64,000 nucleotides of DNA, taken from Candidatus Cloacimonadales bacterium. Its GTDB lineage: Bacteria > Cloacimonadota > Cloacimonadia > Cloacimonadales > JAIOQZ01. The first letter of the stretch is position 1. Every line of letters starts with the position of its first letter. This document shows, piece after piece, positions 26,334-36,320 of this stretch. The notes under the pieces are model-generated. The model did no database searches and was not told the origin of the DNA. It saw only the letters and a list, made by a program, of their open reading frames with translations. Where the stretch lies: contig CAXXTU010000002.1 in NCBI GenBank assembly GCA_963662655.2, positions 3,232,001 to 3,296,000 on the forward strand, in the 5' to 3' direction. The position numbers and the translations under genes were made by a program.

Positions 26334-28763
26334 TTATTCAGTTTTTTGTTCGGGCAGTTCTCCACCATCGAGAAGTGTTTTCCATAGCCCGGGGACTCGC
26401 GCTTCGCTGTTTCGGGTATCGAAGGCCTTTGCCTCCAGTCCGTTGATCATTGAGAGATAGATCGTCGGGTCGGCTGTGCCGTCGTAACGACCGTCCGGCG
26501 TATAGGCAAGCCATTGGGTACCGTTCTTAACATAGACTAGCGACGCCAGATGTTCGCCCGTCGTGGAATCGAACAGGAAATACTCGCCCTCGATGCCACT
26601 TGTGACGATCCGGCTGCCGTCGTGATTGAAGCGGGGATGTACAGGCGATCCTCCGTGCCCAATATAAGCCGGTGGAAGCCTGAAATCATATGAAAGGATA
26701 TCATTGTAATGTAATGTGTCTACAACGCAGAAATCGGGTTTTCGGAATATCTTTGTGTAGCCGATGGCTATGTCGTCTTGTAAGCTGATTGCGGTACTAG
26801 CTTCGGCATATAATGCGCAGACTAATTTTGATTCCCTTATGTCATAGATGTTATATTCTTCGTGAACTGAATCCATTTCGTGAGTAAGTAAATATTTACC
26901 ACCGCTCAATATTCTGTAGGGTGCATCCTGCCCTTCAAAGGTACTTGGCTTCATAAATTCAACCGAATCGACGACAGTTTCGGATGCGATGTCCCACCAT
27001 TTGAAACACGCCTTTCTGCTGCCTCTCTTATCTGGAGTATAGGTTATGAGTTGCTTTCCGTTATCCGAAAAGGCGACAAAACTAGTTCTGACAGGATAAG
27101 TTATCGGCGAATTCCAGGGATTCTCCAAGTCGTGGAGTACTGTATTATCACGGTTTGCGGTTGCCAACCATTTCTCATCAGGGCTAATGGCGTATTTTTT
27201 AATTGCATGGTATGGATCGCTTGTTTCTGGATCATACAATCTTTCATGATCATATCGTACGGATAGTCCGTTTTCAAGATCGTACAATCGCACGTGGTCA
27301 CCTTTTTCGGCGACAAGATAGTTCATCGTTACGTTATATTTGCAATGCGGATCATATTCGATATCGAACTCCTTCATGTTCTGCAGCCGGAATTCCGATG
27401 ACTCAGCATCTTCCACGATTCGGAAGCCCATTGCCTTGGTCTTTTCGTACATCGACACAAATGTGTCCTCTTCTCGATTGAAGACGATGCGACCCAATTC
27501 AAACGAAGTATCGAGAACAGACTGTGTAGAGAAATCGGCAATATATGTTCGATTGTTTCTATTAAAAGTGGAAAAAGTGCAATATGGGGATAGCCAATTC
27601 GGACGACTCCATGAATAAATCTCTGAGAATTGCATACTTTCGATTTTCTGTGAGGATATCGAATAGCGGTACATTCGGTCGTTCGCGTCCTGCAGCAGGA
27701 ATTCGTTACTGGTTTCTGCATCGTAGATAGCTTTTATCGGAGATGTAGGTTCGGGATATTCCAGGACAGAATCGTTTCCGAGATCGATTACCATGAATGC
27801 CATGACACTGTCGCGTGTCTTTCTGTAATGATTATACGCTGGCCTTGCGACGATAGTGTTCTCGGCTTCGATGAATTTGATTTGATCCGTTTCATCCCAG
27901 GGAGTAGTGTAGTCTTTCAACAGCTCACCATCCGCGATTCTGTAAATTCTGATGTATCTCGATCCGCTTTTCACGAGTTTATCGTTGTTGATGATTGTAA
28001 ATCTGGGATGACGCATCGGTCGGGATTGGTCAAAATCGATTTTATTCCGGAATATTGAATTATGTATTGTGTCCCACCAGTACAACTCACTCCACTTTTT
28101 GCATGAAACCATTGGGATAAAGGTCGATCGGTGCTTATAATACGGGTATTGGTGCATTGGCATGTACGGTAAATCCTCTAACAAGGCTAAGGTATCACCG
28201 TTCACCATTGAAAGGATTTTCAATCCCTCTGGTCGGGAAAACAGTACTCTGTCGATATCCGGAGACAGCAATCCCCAGTTCACATCATCGCCGATATTCA
28301 GTATTCTGTTTGTCGAGATGCGCGACAGTGATTGCAAATGTTTACTCATTCCCAAGCTTCGTTCGCTATGTACGATATCCCCATCATGAAACATACACAA
28401 ACTGAAGAAGTTTCTGATCATATTCACTTCCCCTGTTTCACAATCAAAGGTTTTAATAATGGTTACGGTATTCGTTTCGACAATTTCTTCGATGAAGATT
28501 ATTTTTTTGGAATCGGGAGTGAAGAACAGATCAATAGGTCTCTCTTCGTATGTAAATAAATACGAAAAGTACTTGTACATCCTCTTGAAATCGCTATCCC
28601 ATAGCTGAATGCGCTGCCCATCAGAGATGGCAGCCCACTTGCCGTCCGGGCTGAACGCGAGAAAATGGAAATTGATTGCCCGATTGGGCGAGACGACCCA
28701 ATCGGAGGCAAGGCAGCCGGATATGATAATTACAAGCAATATGAGAATGGATGTTTTTCGCAT
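26334..28763 (-). CDS. Exported WD40/beta-propeller-like protein
   Basis: Signal peptide; AFSPDGKW, AISPDEKWLATA, AFSDNGKQL, FNHDGSRIVT; C-terminal WLAYTPDGRYDG. Confidence 0.7.
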   Translation of the reverse strand: MRKTSILILLVIIISGCLASDWVVSPNRAINFHFLAFSPDGKWAAISDGQRIQLWDSDFKRMYKYFSYLFTYEERPIDLFFTPDSKKIIFIEEIVETNTVTIIKTFDCETGEVNMIRNFFSLCMFHDGDIVHSERSLGMSKHLQSLSRISTNRILNIGDDVNWGLLSPDIDRVLFSRPEGLKILSMVNGDTLALLEDLPYMPMHQYPYYKHRSTFIPMVSCKKWSELYWWDTIHNSIFRNKIDFDQSRPMRHPRFTIINNDKLVKSGSRYIRIYRIADGELLKDYTTPWDETDQIKFIEAENTIVARPAYNHYRKTRDSVMAFMVIDLGNDSVLEYPEPTSPIKAIYDAETSNEFLLQDANDRMYRYSISSQKIESMQFSEIYSWSRPNWLSPYCTFSTFNRNNRTYIADFSTQSVLDTSFELGRIVFNREEDTFVSMYEKTKAMGFRIVEDAESSEFRLQNMKEFDIEYDPHCKYNVTMNYLVAEKGDHVRLYDLENGLSVRYDHERLYDPETSDPYHAIKKYAISPDEKWLATANRDNTVLHDLENPWNSPITYPVRTSFVAFSDNGKQLITYTPDKRGSRKACFKWWDIASETVVDSVEFMKPSTFEGQDAPYRILSGGKYLLTHEMDSVHEEYNIYDIRESKLVCALYAEASTAISLQDDIAIGYTKIFRKPDFCVVDTLHYNDILSYDFRLPPAYIGHGGSPVHPRFNHDGSRIVTSGIEGEYFLFDSTTGEHLASLVYVKNGTQWLAYTPDGRYDGTADPTIYLSMINGLEAKAFDTRNSEARVPGLWKTLLDGGELPEQKTE

Positions 28764-28984
28764 AAGCTCTCCCTATAGTACTTAGTAGAAAGAAGACGTA
28801 ATATGATCGGCCGTCAAGTTTTAAAAATGATTATATACGGTTGCGGGATTTTCCATTTGATATGATTACAGGACTGAATTCCGGGGCTTTTTTCAAGTCC
28901 GTAACGCGGTTCCCCCATTATCTTTTATCAATTATCCCAGCTCGCGGAGTATATCCTTGACAACTTCCAGCGCGTAAAGGGACT

Positions 28985-29548
28985 ATGAAGATTATGAAAA
29001 AAGCGATGTTTTTTCTCATACCACTGCTGCTGCTAATCGGTTGTGGCGGTGGAAATAGCGACCGGGGCGAAGAGGCCCTCGCACGCAAAATTTGCGAAGC
29101 GCTCCATGCGCAACGTGTCGAAACAATTGGAACTTGCATCATCAGCGAAGCCGATCTCGAATACCTCATGACCTACTTCTCGTTGAACACCAGGGAATAC
29201 CAGGCGATGACGCTCGAAGAGAAGCGCCAGTTCGAAGCGCTCTTCCAGAAGCGTCTGGACGAGATGAAGATCGCCTACAACGATCAGTACGAACGCATGG
29301 TCGATCAGATCGATCAGCTCTTGCAGTATTCGGGATTCGACTGGGACAAGCTTCGTTTCGAGGAATACCTAGTGGCTTTTCCCGACAGGGAAATCGAATA
29401 CATGCCCCGCTATGGGGAGTTTGTCGTCAGGTTTTCGATCGGCAAACAGAATTATAGCCTTCATACGGATGGAATCGTGAAAGTGAAAGGTGAATGGAAA
29501 TTGCAAATGGGCGAGTTCATTCTCGAGGAAGTAGACGACGATGCATGA
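28985..29548 (+). CDS. Hypothetical lipoprotein
   Basis: MKKAMFFLIPLLLLIGC lipobox (true start may be the second Met). Confidence 0.7.
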   Translation: MKIMKKAMFFLIPLLLLIGCGGGNSDRGEEALARKICEALHAQRVETIGTCIISEADLEYLMTYFSLNTREYQAMTLEEKRQFEALFQKRLDEMKIAYNDQYERMVDQIDQLLQYSGFDWDKLRFEEYLVAFPDREIEYMPRYGEFVVRFSIGKQNYSLHTDGIVKVKGEWKLQMGEFILEEVDDDA

Positions 29549-30794
29549 AAAGATCGAGAAAGATAGTCTTCAGTTGTATTTGAAGCAGGTTCAGGAACAG
29601 TTTGAAGAGAGACCTGCTCTGGTTGTAATATACGACGTGATCGAGCAATTCGGGGAACTCGAGGAAACCTTGAAATCCACAGGACATATTGTGCGATTCA
29701 AGGATTCGTCGCCCGGTCAACGCCTGGATCAGGAAGATCAGGCCGATATGGTGATACACAATGTGCCGGACGTGAGCCGGATCGACGGTGTGTTTCACGA
29801 ATGCCTGACAAGCTGGCACGAGGCGTGTGTTCCGGTTCTCCTGATGCTCCCCGATGGCGAAGAGACCTTGCGCGAGAAGTACCTGAGTATGAATGTCGAA
29901 GCGGTCATCGTTGGCGCGTGGAAACCGGACGACATCCTCTGCCGTGTGACCAACCTGTTGAAGCTCCGCAGATATCAGCAGTGGAACGACATGCTCATGA
30001 GGCAGCTAACGGACCTCTTGCAGCGCAGGACGCACGATCTTATCGACGAAGAACGCCAGACGGTTATCGACAACCTTATAAACGGTATTTTTCATAACAT
30101 CCGGGGACCTCTGACCGGTATGTTCTTCGCCTGCGACAACATGGAGATGTCGGTTCAAGCCTTGACGCAAAGCATCGGCGGTTTAACGAGTCAGCGCGAG
30201 CTGGCCGATATCGACATGGGTGTGAAGATGATGCGCAAAGCCCTGGAGAAGATGAACGACATGCTCTGCAAGCTGCTCGAAAGAAGTGAAGCCGATAGCC
30301 GCGCCTTTCCGCAGGTCGTCGATCTGAACTCGCTCCTCACTCAGGAGATCGAACTCATGAAGGCCGACATGGACTTCAAACACCATATACGTCGTACGGA
30401 AGAACTCCATCCCGAGCCCATCTTTGTGAAGGTCGTGCGAGGCGAAATCTCGCAATCGATCTACTCGCTCATACGGAATGCCATTGAGGCCGTGGATGGC
30501 ATGGAAGGCCCCCATATAGCGATTCGAACCGATCTGAAAGATGGAATGGCCAACCTGTACATCGAAGATAACGGAAAAGGCATTACGCATGAAGTAGGGA
30601 TGAAAATCTTCGAGCCGTTCTTCAGTACGAAATCCAGGCAGCTCACTTTTGACCAAGGGATATCTGTCAGCAAGGGCCTCGGTCTGCACTTCGTTCTCCA
30701 ATCGCTCAGGGCGAATCAGGGTTTGATCACGGTAGATACGAAACCGGGAAGAACCTGCTTCCGGCTACGTTTCCCATTGTATGAAGAACCATGA
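29541..30794 (+). CDS. Cytoplasmic histidine kinase with degenerate N-terminal receiver-like domain
   Basis: H box FHNIRGPL, N box LIRNAIEA, DNGKGI, FEPFFSTK, GLGL. Confidence 0.85.
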   Translation: MHEKIEKDSLQLYLKQVQEQFEERPALVVIYDVIEQFGELEETLKSTGHIVRFKDSSPGQRLDQEDQADMVIHNVPDVSRIDGVFHECLTSWHEACVPVLLMLPDGEETLREKYLSMNVEAVIVGAWKPDDILCRVTNLLKLRRYQQWNDMLMRQLTDLLQRRTHDLIDEERQTVIDNLINGIFHNIRGPLTGMFFACDNMEMSVQALTQSIGGLTSQRELADIDMGVKMMRKALEKMNDMLCKLLERSEADSRAFPQVVDLNSLLTQEIELMKADMDFKHHIRRTEELHPEPIFVKVVRGEISQSIYSLIRNAIEAVDGMEGPHIAIRTDLKDGMANLYIEDNGKGITHEVGMKIFEPFFSTKSRQLTFDQGISVSKGLGLHFVLQSLRANQGLITVDTKPGRTCFRLRFPLYEEP

Positions 30795-31048
30795 TCGACG
30801 AACGTCCGGAAGAACCCATCGAGGTGATGTTTTACTTCGGCAAGGATAAACGATATCCGATGCGTTTCCGCTGGAAGGGCGAAGTGATCGATATCGAAAG
30901 CAATAACGGATACTGGATGCGTCACATCGGCAATGTCATTCACCACTATTACGCGGTGTCGGATCAGATTGGTCATTATTACGAACTCGAGATGAACGGT
31001 GAGACGCTTGCATGGAGAATCATGCGTTTCGTGATGGATATCGATTGA
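30791..31048 (+). CDS. Small conserved hypothetical protein (PxxFRWKG motif)
   Basis: ATGA overlap with the HK stop; YPMRFRWKG...W...YY...YEL pattern. Confidence 0.65.
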   Translation: MIDERPEEPIEVMFYFGKDKRYPMRFRWKGEVIDIESNNGYWMRHIGNVIHHYYAVSDQIGHYYELEMNGETLAWRIMRFVMDID

Positions 31049-31150
31049 GCAAGCTTGTGTGTTCACGCGGATGTTCAATTTGGATAAATTGAGAGAACGT
31101 TAGATTATCGTTAAGAAAGAAGTTGATAATCACAGAATGCGGGAGAGTGA

Positions 31151-33172
31151 ATGAGCACAGAACCAAGCGTAGGCGAGATCGAGATTGAAGTAATCGGCAA
31201 TGGAATATCGGCGATTCTGAAGAGATTCTATCCTTATCTGCCGGATGGAACCCCAGTGACCACAGAGATTATCCTTGAAGAGCTGAAGAACAACAACGTC
31301 GTTTCCGGAATCGACGAAGACGCGATCAATTACTATCTCGCGATTGCCACGAAGAAGAACGAACCGCTATTGGATTGCCTGGTGGCATTCTCCACGCCTC
31401 CAAGAAGAAAAAGCACTCCGCGTCTTCATCTCCAGATCGATACCGATTTAAAGCCCGAGAATAAAGCCGGCTGGCATGCAATCTATCACAGCCTGAATCA
31501 ATACGATCCCGAGCTGGGCGGCGACGTTTACCCCAAGAAGCTCGCATTCCTCCACGAAAACCAGCGCATCGCAATCTATCAGCAGGTGCAGGAGAACGAG
31601 GAGGGCAAAAACATCTTCGGTGGCCGGATACCCCACCTTCGGGCCCACCCGGATGAATTCACCGCCGGCGCCAACGTGCACTATGATGACCGAACCGGCA
31701 CCTTTTCTTCCGGCGCATGCGGCTATCTGCTGATCTATGAGAACACGCTGCAAATCATCGATGCGTTCGTCCCCTCTTCCGACAAGATGAACCTCTATTT
31801 CCTTAACTTCCCTCGCTGGAACAAGGATTTCCCGAACCAGAACGAAATTGCCAAGTATAAACAGAAAAACAACATCGTCTTCGATATTATATTTGAGCAG
31901 GAGCATTTGGCCCTGGAGCCAATGACTCATCCTGTCGTATGCAGTGGAAAGTACCCCGGCGAATCGAGGGACGCGTCGATCGAGAAATTCTTCGAGATCG
32001 ATAAGTCGATCGGTAAAATGGATGATCAAGGCAAGATCGATTTCAAGGAGAGGAACCTTTACACGAGTGTCGATGGCGACGCGCTTCTGGCGGTGAAAGT
32101 GCTTCCTGTTCGCGGGAAACCCGGATTGAATTTATACGGGAACCCGGTCCTCGCGAGAATGCCGAAGGATGTCATACTGAAAAACGGGCCAGGAACGCGC
32201 GTGGAGAAAACGGAAGAGGAATTGAAAATCTTCAGTTTCGAAGAAGGCATCCTCGAGTTCAACCACAGCATCATCTCGGTGTTTCCCAAGATCATCATCA
32301 TGGGCGACGTCTGTTACGAGACCGGCAATATCGAGTCGAAAGCGAATGTTGAAATTAGCGGTAGTGTACTGGCCGGCTTCAATGTCAAGTCGGAGAAAAA
32401 CATCTTCATCAAGGGTAATGTCGAGGATCACTGCGTGATCGAGTCAAAGGGCGATCTCTCGGTGATTGGCGGAATCACGGGCGAATCGACGAAAATCTCC
32501 TGCATTGGAGCGATGACGGCCAAATACATCGAATCTTGCTATGTTAGTTGCTGCGGTCAATTGACGGTGCAACGGTTTATTCGCGGAGCCACGATCGATT
32601 GCCGGAACAACATCATCGTCTTCGGTCACGGTATCAATCTGAACGAGCGTGGCGCGATCGTCGATGCGGAAATCAAGGTCACGAAGAAGCTTCTCGTTCC
32701 TGTCATCGGATCGGACGCCGGCTTGAAGACAACGATCCATATTGCCCACGACGAACAGCTTCAGAAGAAGATCGACCACCAGAAAGAGGCATGCGAGAAA
32801 ATCGAGAACATGATTCAGGAGCTGAACGACCAGTTTACATTTGACATCACTGCGCCGACAATTTACGATGAAATGCAGGCAATGACCAGCGATATCAAGG
32901 AAAGAGTCATCCAGGCGTTGCGAGAAAAAAACAAGCTGGAAAAGCAGCTCGAAATGATGCGGAAAATCCTGGACAAGGAATTGCAAAACAAGATAGATAT
33001 GATCAAGGAGTCTTCGGTGGACATCAGTCTTAAGATCATTCCGGACGTTATTATAAAAACGGAAGGATTGCAACGAACCATTGACAAATTTATGGGTCCA
33101 TCGAAATTCTACCTTGATCTTGAGACACATCTCATCGAGAAAAGTGTCGTTGTGGAGAAACCGGATCTATAA
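31151..33172 (+). CDS. FapA/DUF342 family protein
   Basis: GKIDFKE, GDVCYETGNI, VEISGSVLAGFNV beta-helix, C-terminal coiled coil. Confidence 0.85.
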   Translation: MSTEPSVGEIEIEVIGNGISAILKRFYPYLPDGTPVTTEIILEELKNNNVVSGIDEDAINYYLAIATKKNEPLLDCLVAFSTPPRRKSTPRLHLQIDTDLKPENKAGWHAIYHSLNQYDPELGGDVYPKKLAFLHENQRIAIYQQVQENEEGKNIFGGRIPHLRAHPDEFTAGANVHYDDRTGTFSSGACGYLLIYENTLQIIDAFVPSSDKMNLYFLNFPRWNKDFPNQNEIAKYKQKNNIVFDIIFEQEHLALEPMTHPVVCSGKYPGESRDASIEKFFEIDKSIGKMDDQGKIDFKERNLYTSVDGDALLAVKVLPVRGKPGLNLYGNPVLARMPKDVILKNGPGTRVEKTEEELKIFSFEEGILEFNHSIISVFPKIIIMGDVCYETGNIESKANVEISGSVLAGFNVKSEKNIFIKGNVEDHCVIESKGDLSVIGGITGESTKISCIGAMTAKYIESCYVSCCGQLTVQRFIRGATIDCRNNIIVFGHGINLNERGAIVDAEIKVTKKLLVPVIGSDAGLKTTIHIAHDEQLQKKIDHQKEACEKIENMIQELNDQFTFDITAPTIYDEMQAMTSDIKERVIQALREKNKLEKQLEMMRKILDKELQNKIDMIKESSVDISLKIIPDVIIKTEGLQRTIDKFMGPSKFYLDLETHLIEKSVVVEKPDL

Positions 33173-33322
33173 TATGGAGAGGAAAGCACTATAAACCTTT
33201 CCAGGGTGCATTTTGAAATTGGATTCAGTCAGGTACCATTAGAGCCGAAAATGAAAAGAGTGTAATAATTCTTCGGAACAGATATCGAAAGGAGTGATGT
33301 TTCGGGCAGTTATGGGGCTTAC

Positions 33323-34252
33323 ATGCACGATCTAATCGCGTATTCCAGGCAAGTCGAGGACGGTTTGAGAGATTCGAAGCCAATTCTGGCTCTTGAATCG
33401 ACGATTATCGCCCATGGAATGCCTTATCCTCAAAACCTTGAAACAGCGCTGAAGTTGGAGGCAATCGCTCTCGAAAACGGCGCGATCCCCGCAACAATTT
33501 GTATCCACGATGGCAAAATTCACATCGGCTGCGAACGCGAACTTCTCGAGCACCTCTCCACCAGCAACCAGGTAATGAAAGCCGGCGTACGTGACATCCC
33601 GCATGCGATCGCTTCCGGGAAAACCGCAGCCACAACCGTATCCGGCACGCTTCATTGCGCTCATCTGGCCGGTATTCACGTGTTTGCGACAGGAGGGATC
33701 GGGGGCGTACACCGCGGTGCGGACAGGACATTCGATATTTCGGCCGATCTGATTCAGCTTGGCAGAACGCCCATGATTACCGTTTCCGCGGGAGCCAAAG
33801 CCATTCTCGATATCCCCGCGACACTGGAATACCTCGAAACACTGGGGGTGATGCCCTACGGCTATCGAACCGACACGTTTCCGCTATTCTATTCGCATCA
33901 TTCCGAATACCCGATTCAACGACTGGATTCCGTCAGGGATATCGCAGAAAGATACAACGTTCTCAAGAAAATCGATGTCGGGAGGGGAATGCTGATATGC
34001 AACCCCGTTCCCATCGAAACGCAAATTCCATACGAAGAAATCAAGCAGATTATCGATAAAGCTCTCTACGAGAATCGTCACCTGACCGGTCCCAAGATAA
34101 CGCCTGCACTGCTTCAGGCAATCGCGATCAAGACGGGAGGTCGTTCGCTTGTTACGAATATGGCTCTGGTAGGATCGAACGTTCGCCTCGGGGCGCAAAT
34201 ATCGAAAGAAATTAACAGAATACATGGAGAAATGGGTGTGACAAATGAATAA
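33323..34252 (+). CDS. psuG: Pseudouridine-5'-phosphate glycosidase
   Basis: ALESTIIAHGMPYPQN, ATTVS, FATGGIGGVHRG, DISADL, GAKAILD. Confidence 0.93.
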   Translation: MHDLIAYSRQVEDGLRDSKPILALESTIIAHGMPYPQNLETALKLEAIALENGAIPATICIHDGKIHIGCERELLEHLSTSNQVMKAGVRDIPHAIASGKTAATTVSGTLHCAHLAGIHVFATGGIGGVHRGADRTFDISADLIQLGRTPMITVSAGAKAILDIPATLEYLETLGVMPYGYRTDTFPLFYSHHSEYPIQRLDSVRDIAERYNVLKKIDVGRGMLICNPVPIETQIPYEEIKQIIDKALYENRHLTGPKITPALLQAIAIKTGGRSLVTNMALVGSNVRLGAQISKEINRIHGEMGVTNE

Positions 34253-36287
34253 TGAAATTGTAATTGATACTTCGAAATCTGTTGAATGTCAAATTGAAGA
34301 GCTGGAAGAACAGCTTCGCGATCTGAACGCGAACGGGGTTTGCGACGGCGACACCACCACCAAGAAGAAAGTCGATGTGCTCAACCACCTCGCTACGCTG
34401 TACCGGAAACACTCGATCGTAAGAGACCTCGACATCAGCCGCATCTCCCTGGAGCTCGCGGATGACTACCTCGATCAGGCCCTTGACCTTTCCCGGCGCA
34501 TCGGTTACAAGATGGGGGAGGGCTCCGCGCTTCTGAACCTCGGCCAGAGCAGCTTCCTCGCGAACAATTACGAGCTGGCGCTAAACTACTTGCAGAAAGC
34601 GTATTCCATCTTCAGCGAAGAAAAGCAGAAATACGCGATGGGCGAAGCGCTCAACAACATCGGTATCATCTACTGGAACACCGGTAAACACAATAAAGCA
34701 CTCGAGTACTACCTCAAGAGCCTCAAGGTAAAAGAGGAAATCAACGACAAGGACGGTATCGCCCGTCTTCTCAACAACATCGGGCTTGTATACACCAATC
34801 TCTCCAACGAACGCAAAGCGCTCACGTACTACCTGAACTCCTTGAAGCTGAAGGAGGAGCTCGGCGATGAGGCGAGCATCTCCACGACCTGCAACAACAT
34901 CGGTATCATCTACCGGAACATGAAAGAGTTCGATCAAGCGTTGAAGTACTACATCCGTTCGCTCGAAATCAAGAAGAAGCTGGGGAACGACCGCGGCGCC
35001 GCGTTCTCACATAACAATATTGGCCTGCTCTACTGGCGCAAGGGCGATCTGCTGGAAGCGCTGAAGCATTACGAAAGCGCTCGCGAGACCTTCCAGTACA
35101 TCGGCGATCGCTGGGGCGTGGCCAACACCCTCAACAACATCGGTAACCTCAATATTCACCTCGAGAACTACGATGTCGCTGCCGAGAACCTGAAGAAATC
35201 GCTGGAAATTGCAATCGAAATGGAGAAACCGGATCTGGTGAAATCCATTTTCCGCTCCCTGAGCGATCTCTACGAGAGCAAGGCAAAGCTTCAGGAAGAC
35301 GGCCACCAGCAGTCGGAAGCGATCAATGAATCGCTGGTGTATTTCAAGAAGTACAACGAGATCAACGAGAAGATATTCAACGAAAGAACCAGCAGCCGTA
35401 TTGCGGAGGTTCAGGCTGCGTACGAGATGGATAAAAAAGTACGCGAAGCCGAGATCTATCGTCTGAAGAACATCCAGCTCACGGAGATGTATAAGCGAAT
35501 CTCGACGCAGAACGCTGAAATCTCCGAGCAAAAGGAGAAGCTGGAAGTCCTGAACCACGAATTACACGAGGCGAACGCCACGAAGGACAAGTTCTACTCA
35601 ATTATCGCGCACGACCTCAAAAATCCGCTGAGCATTCTCCGGCTCTCCGGCGAGATGCTCGAGGAGAATTTCACTCGCTACGACCGCGACAAGATATTGC
35701 AGCTCATCAAGAAGATGAATGCTGGCACGAAGAGGCTGGCCGATCTTCTGGACGATCTCCTTTCCTGGGCCCGGTTCCAGATGGAGAAAATCGAGTTTCA
35801 GCCCGAGATTATCGACCTGTATGAAATTGCCAACGACGCTTGCTTCCTGCTCAAACCCAGCGCCGACAAGAAGCGTATCTCGCTGGTCTTCGAGATTGAA
35901 CGTCCATGTCAGGTGTTTGCGGATCGCAACATGATCAAAACAACGGTGCGTAATCTGATATCGAACGCGATCAAGTTCACCGGCTTCGATGGAGAGGTGA
36001 AGCTCGAGGTGGAAGATCACGCCAGCATGATAACTTTCAGTGTTTACGATAACGGTGTCGGGATTTCCGAGGAACACCGCGAGAAGCTCTTCCGGATCGA
36101 TTCAACGATATCCACGCTGGGCACAGCGCAGGAAAAGGGTACGGGGCTCGGCTTGATTCTCTGCAAAGAGTTTATTGTGAAGAACAACGGATCGATCGGA
36201 GTGGATAGTGTGGAAGGCAAGGGAAGCCGGTTCCATTTCACGCTTCCCAAAGCGGACCACTCGATATCGACCGGTTTTTCACATTGA
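34245..36287 (+). CDS. TPR-repeat sensor histidine kinase (no obvious signal peptide or TM)
   Basis: About 6-7 NNIG TPRs; IIAHDLKNP, NLISNAIKFT, DNGVGI, GTGLGL. Confidence 0.92.
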   Translation: MNNEIVIDTSKSVECQIEELEEQLRDLNANGVCDGDTTTKKKVDVLNHLATLYRKHSIVRDLDISRISLELADDYLDQALDLSRRIGYKMGEGSALLNLGQSSFLANNYELALNYLQKAYSIFSEEKQKYAMGEALNNIGIIYWNTGKHNKALEYYLKSLKVKEEINDKDGIARLLNNIGLVYTNLSNERKALTYYLNSLKLKEELGDEASISTTCNNIGIIYRNMKEFDQALKYYIRSLEIKKKLGNDRGAAFSHNNIGLLYWRKGDLLEALKHYESARETFQYIGDRWGVANTLNNIGNLNIHLENYDVAAENLKKSLEIAIEMEKPDLVKSIFRSLSDLYESKAKLQEDGHQQSEAINESLVYFKKYNEINEKIFNERTSSRIAEVQAAYEMDKKVREAEIYRLKNIQLTEMYKRISTQNAEISEQKEKLEVLNHELHEANATKDKFYSIIAHDLKNPLSILRLSGEMLEENFTRYDRDKILQLIKKMNAGTKRLADLLDDLLSWARFQMEKIEFQPEIIDLYEIANDACFLLKPSADKKRISLVFEIERPCQVFADRNMIKTTVRNLISNAIKFTGFDGEVKLEVEDHASMITFSVYDNGVGISEEHREKLFRIDSTISTLGTAQEKGTGLGLILCKEFIVKNNGSIGVDSVEGKGSRFHFTLPKADHSISTGFSH

Positions 36288-36320
36288 TCGTATCGCTTCA
36301 TGAACTTTTAAGGGTATGTT

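Noticed and set aside
33173..33322. Riboswitch or pseudoknot upstream of psuG
   Set aside because: Only short pairings (GGAAAG/CTTTCC); no recognisable aptamer consensus
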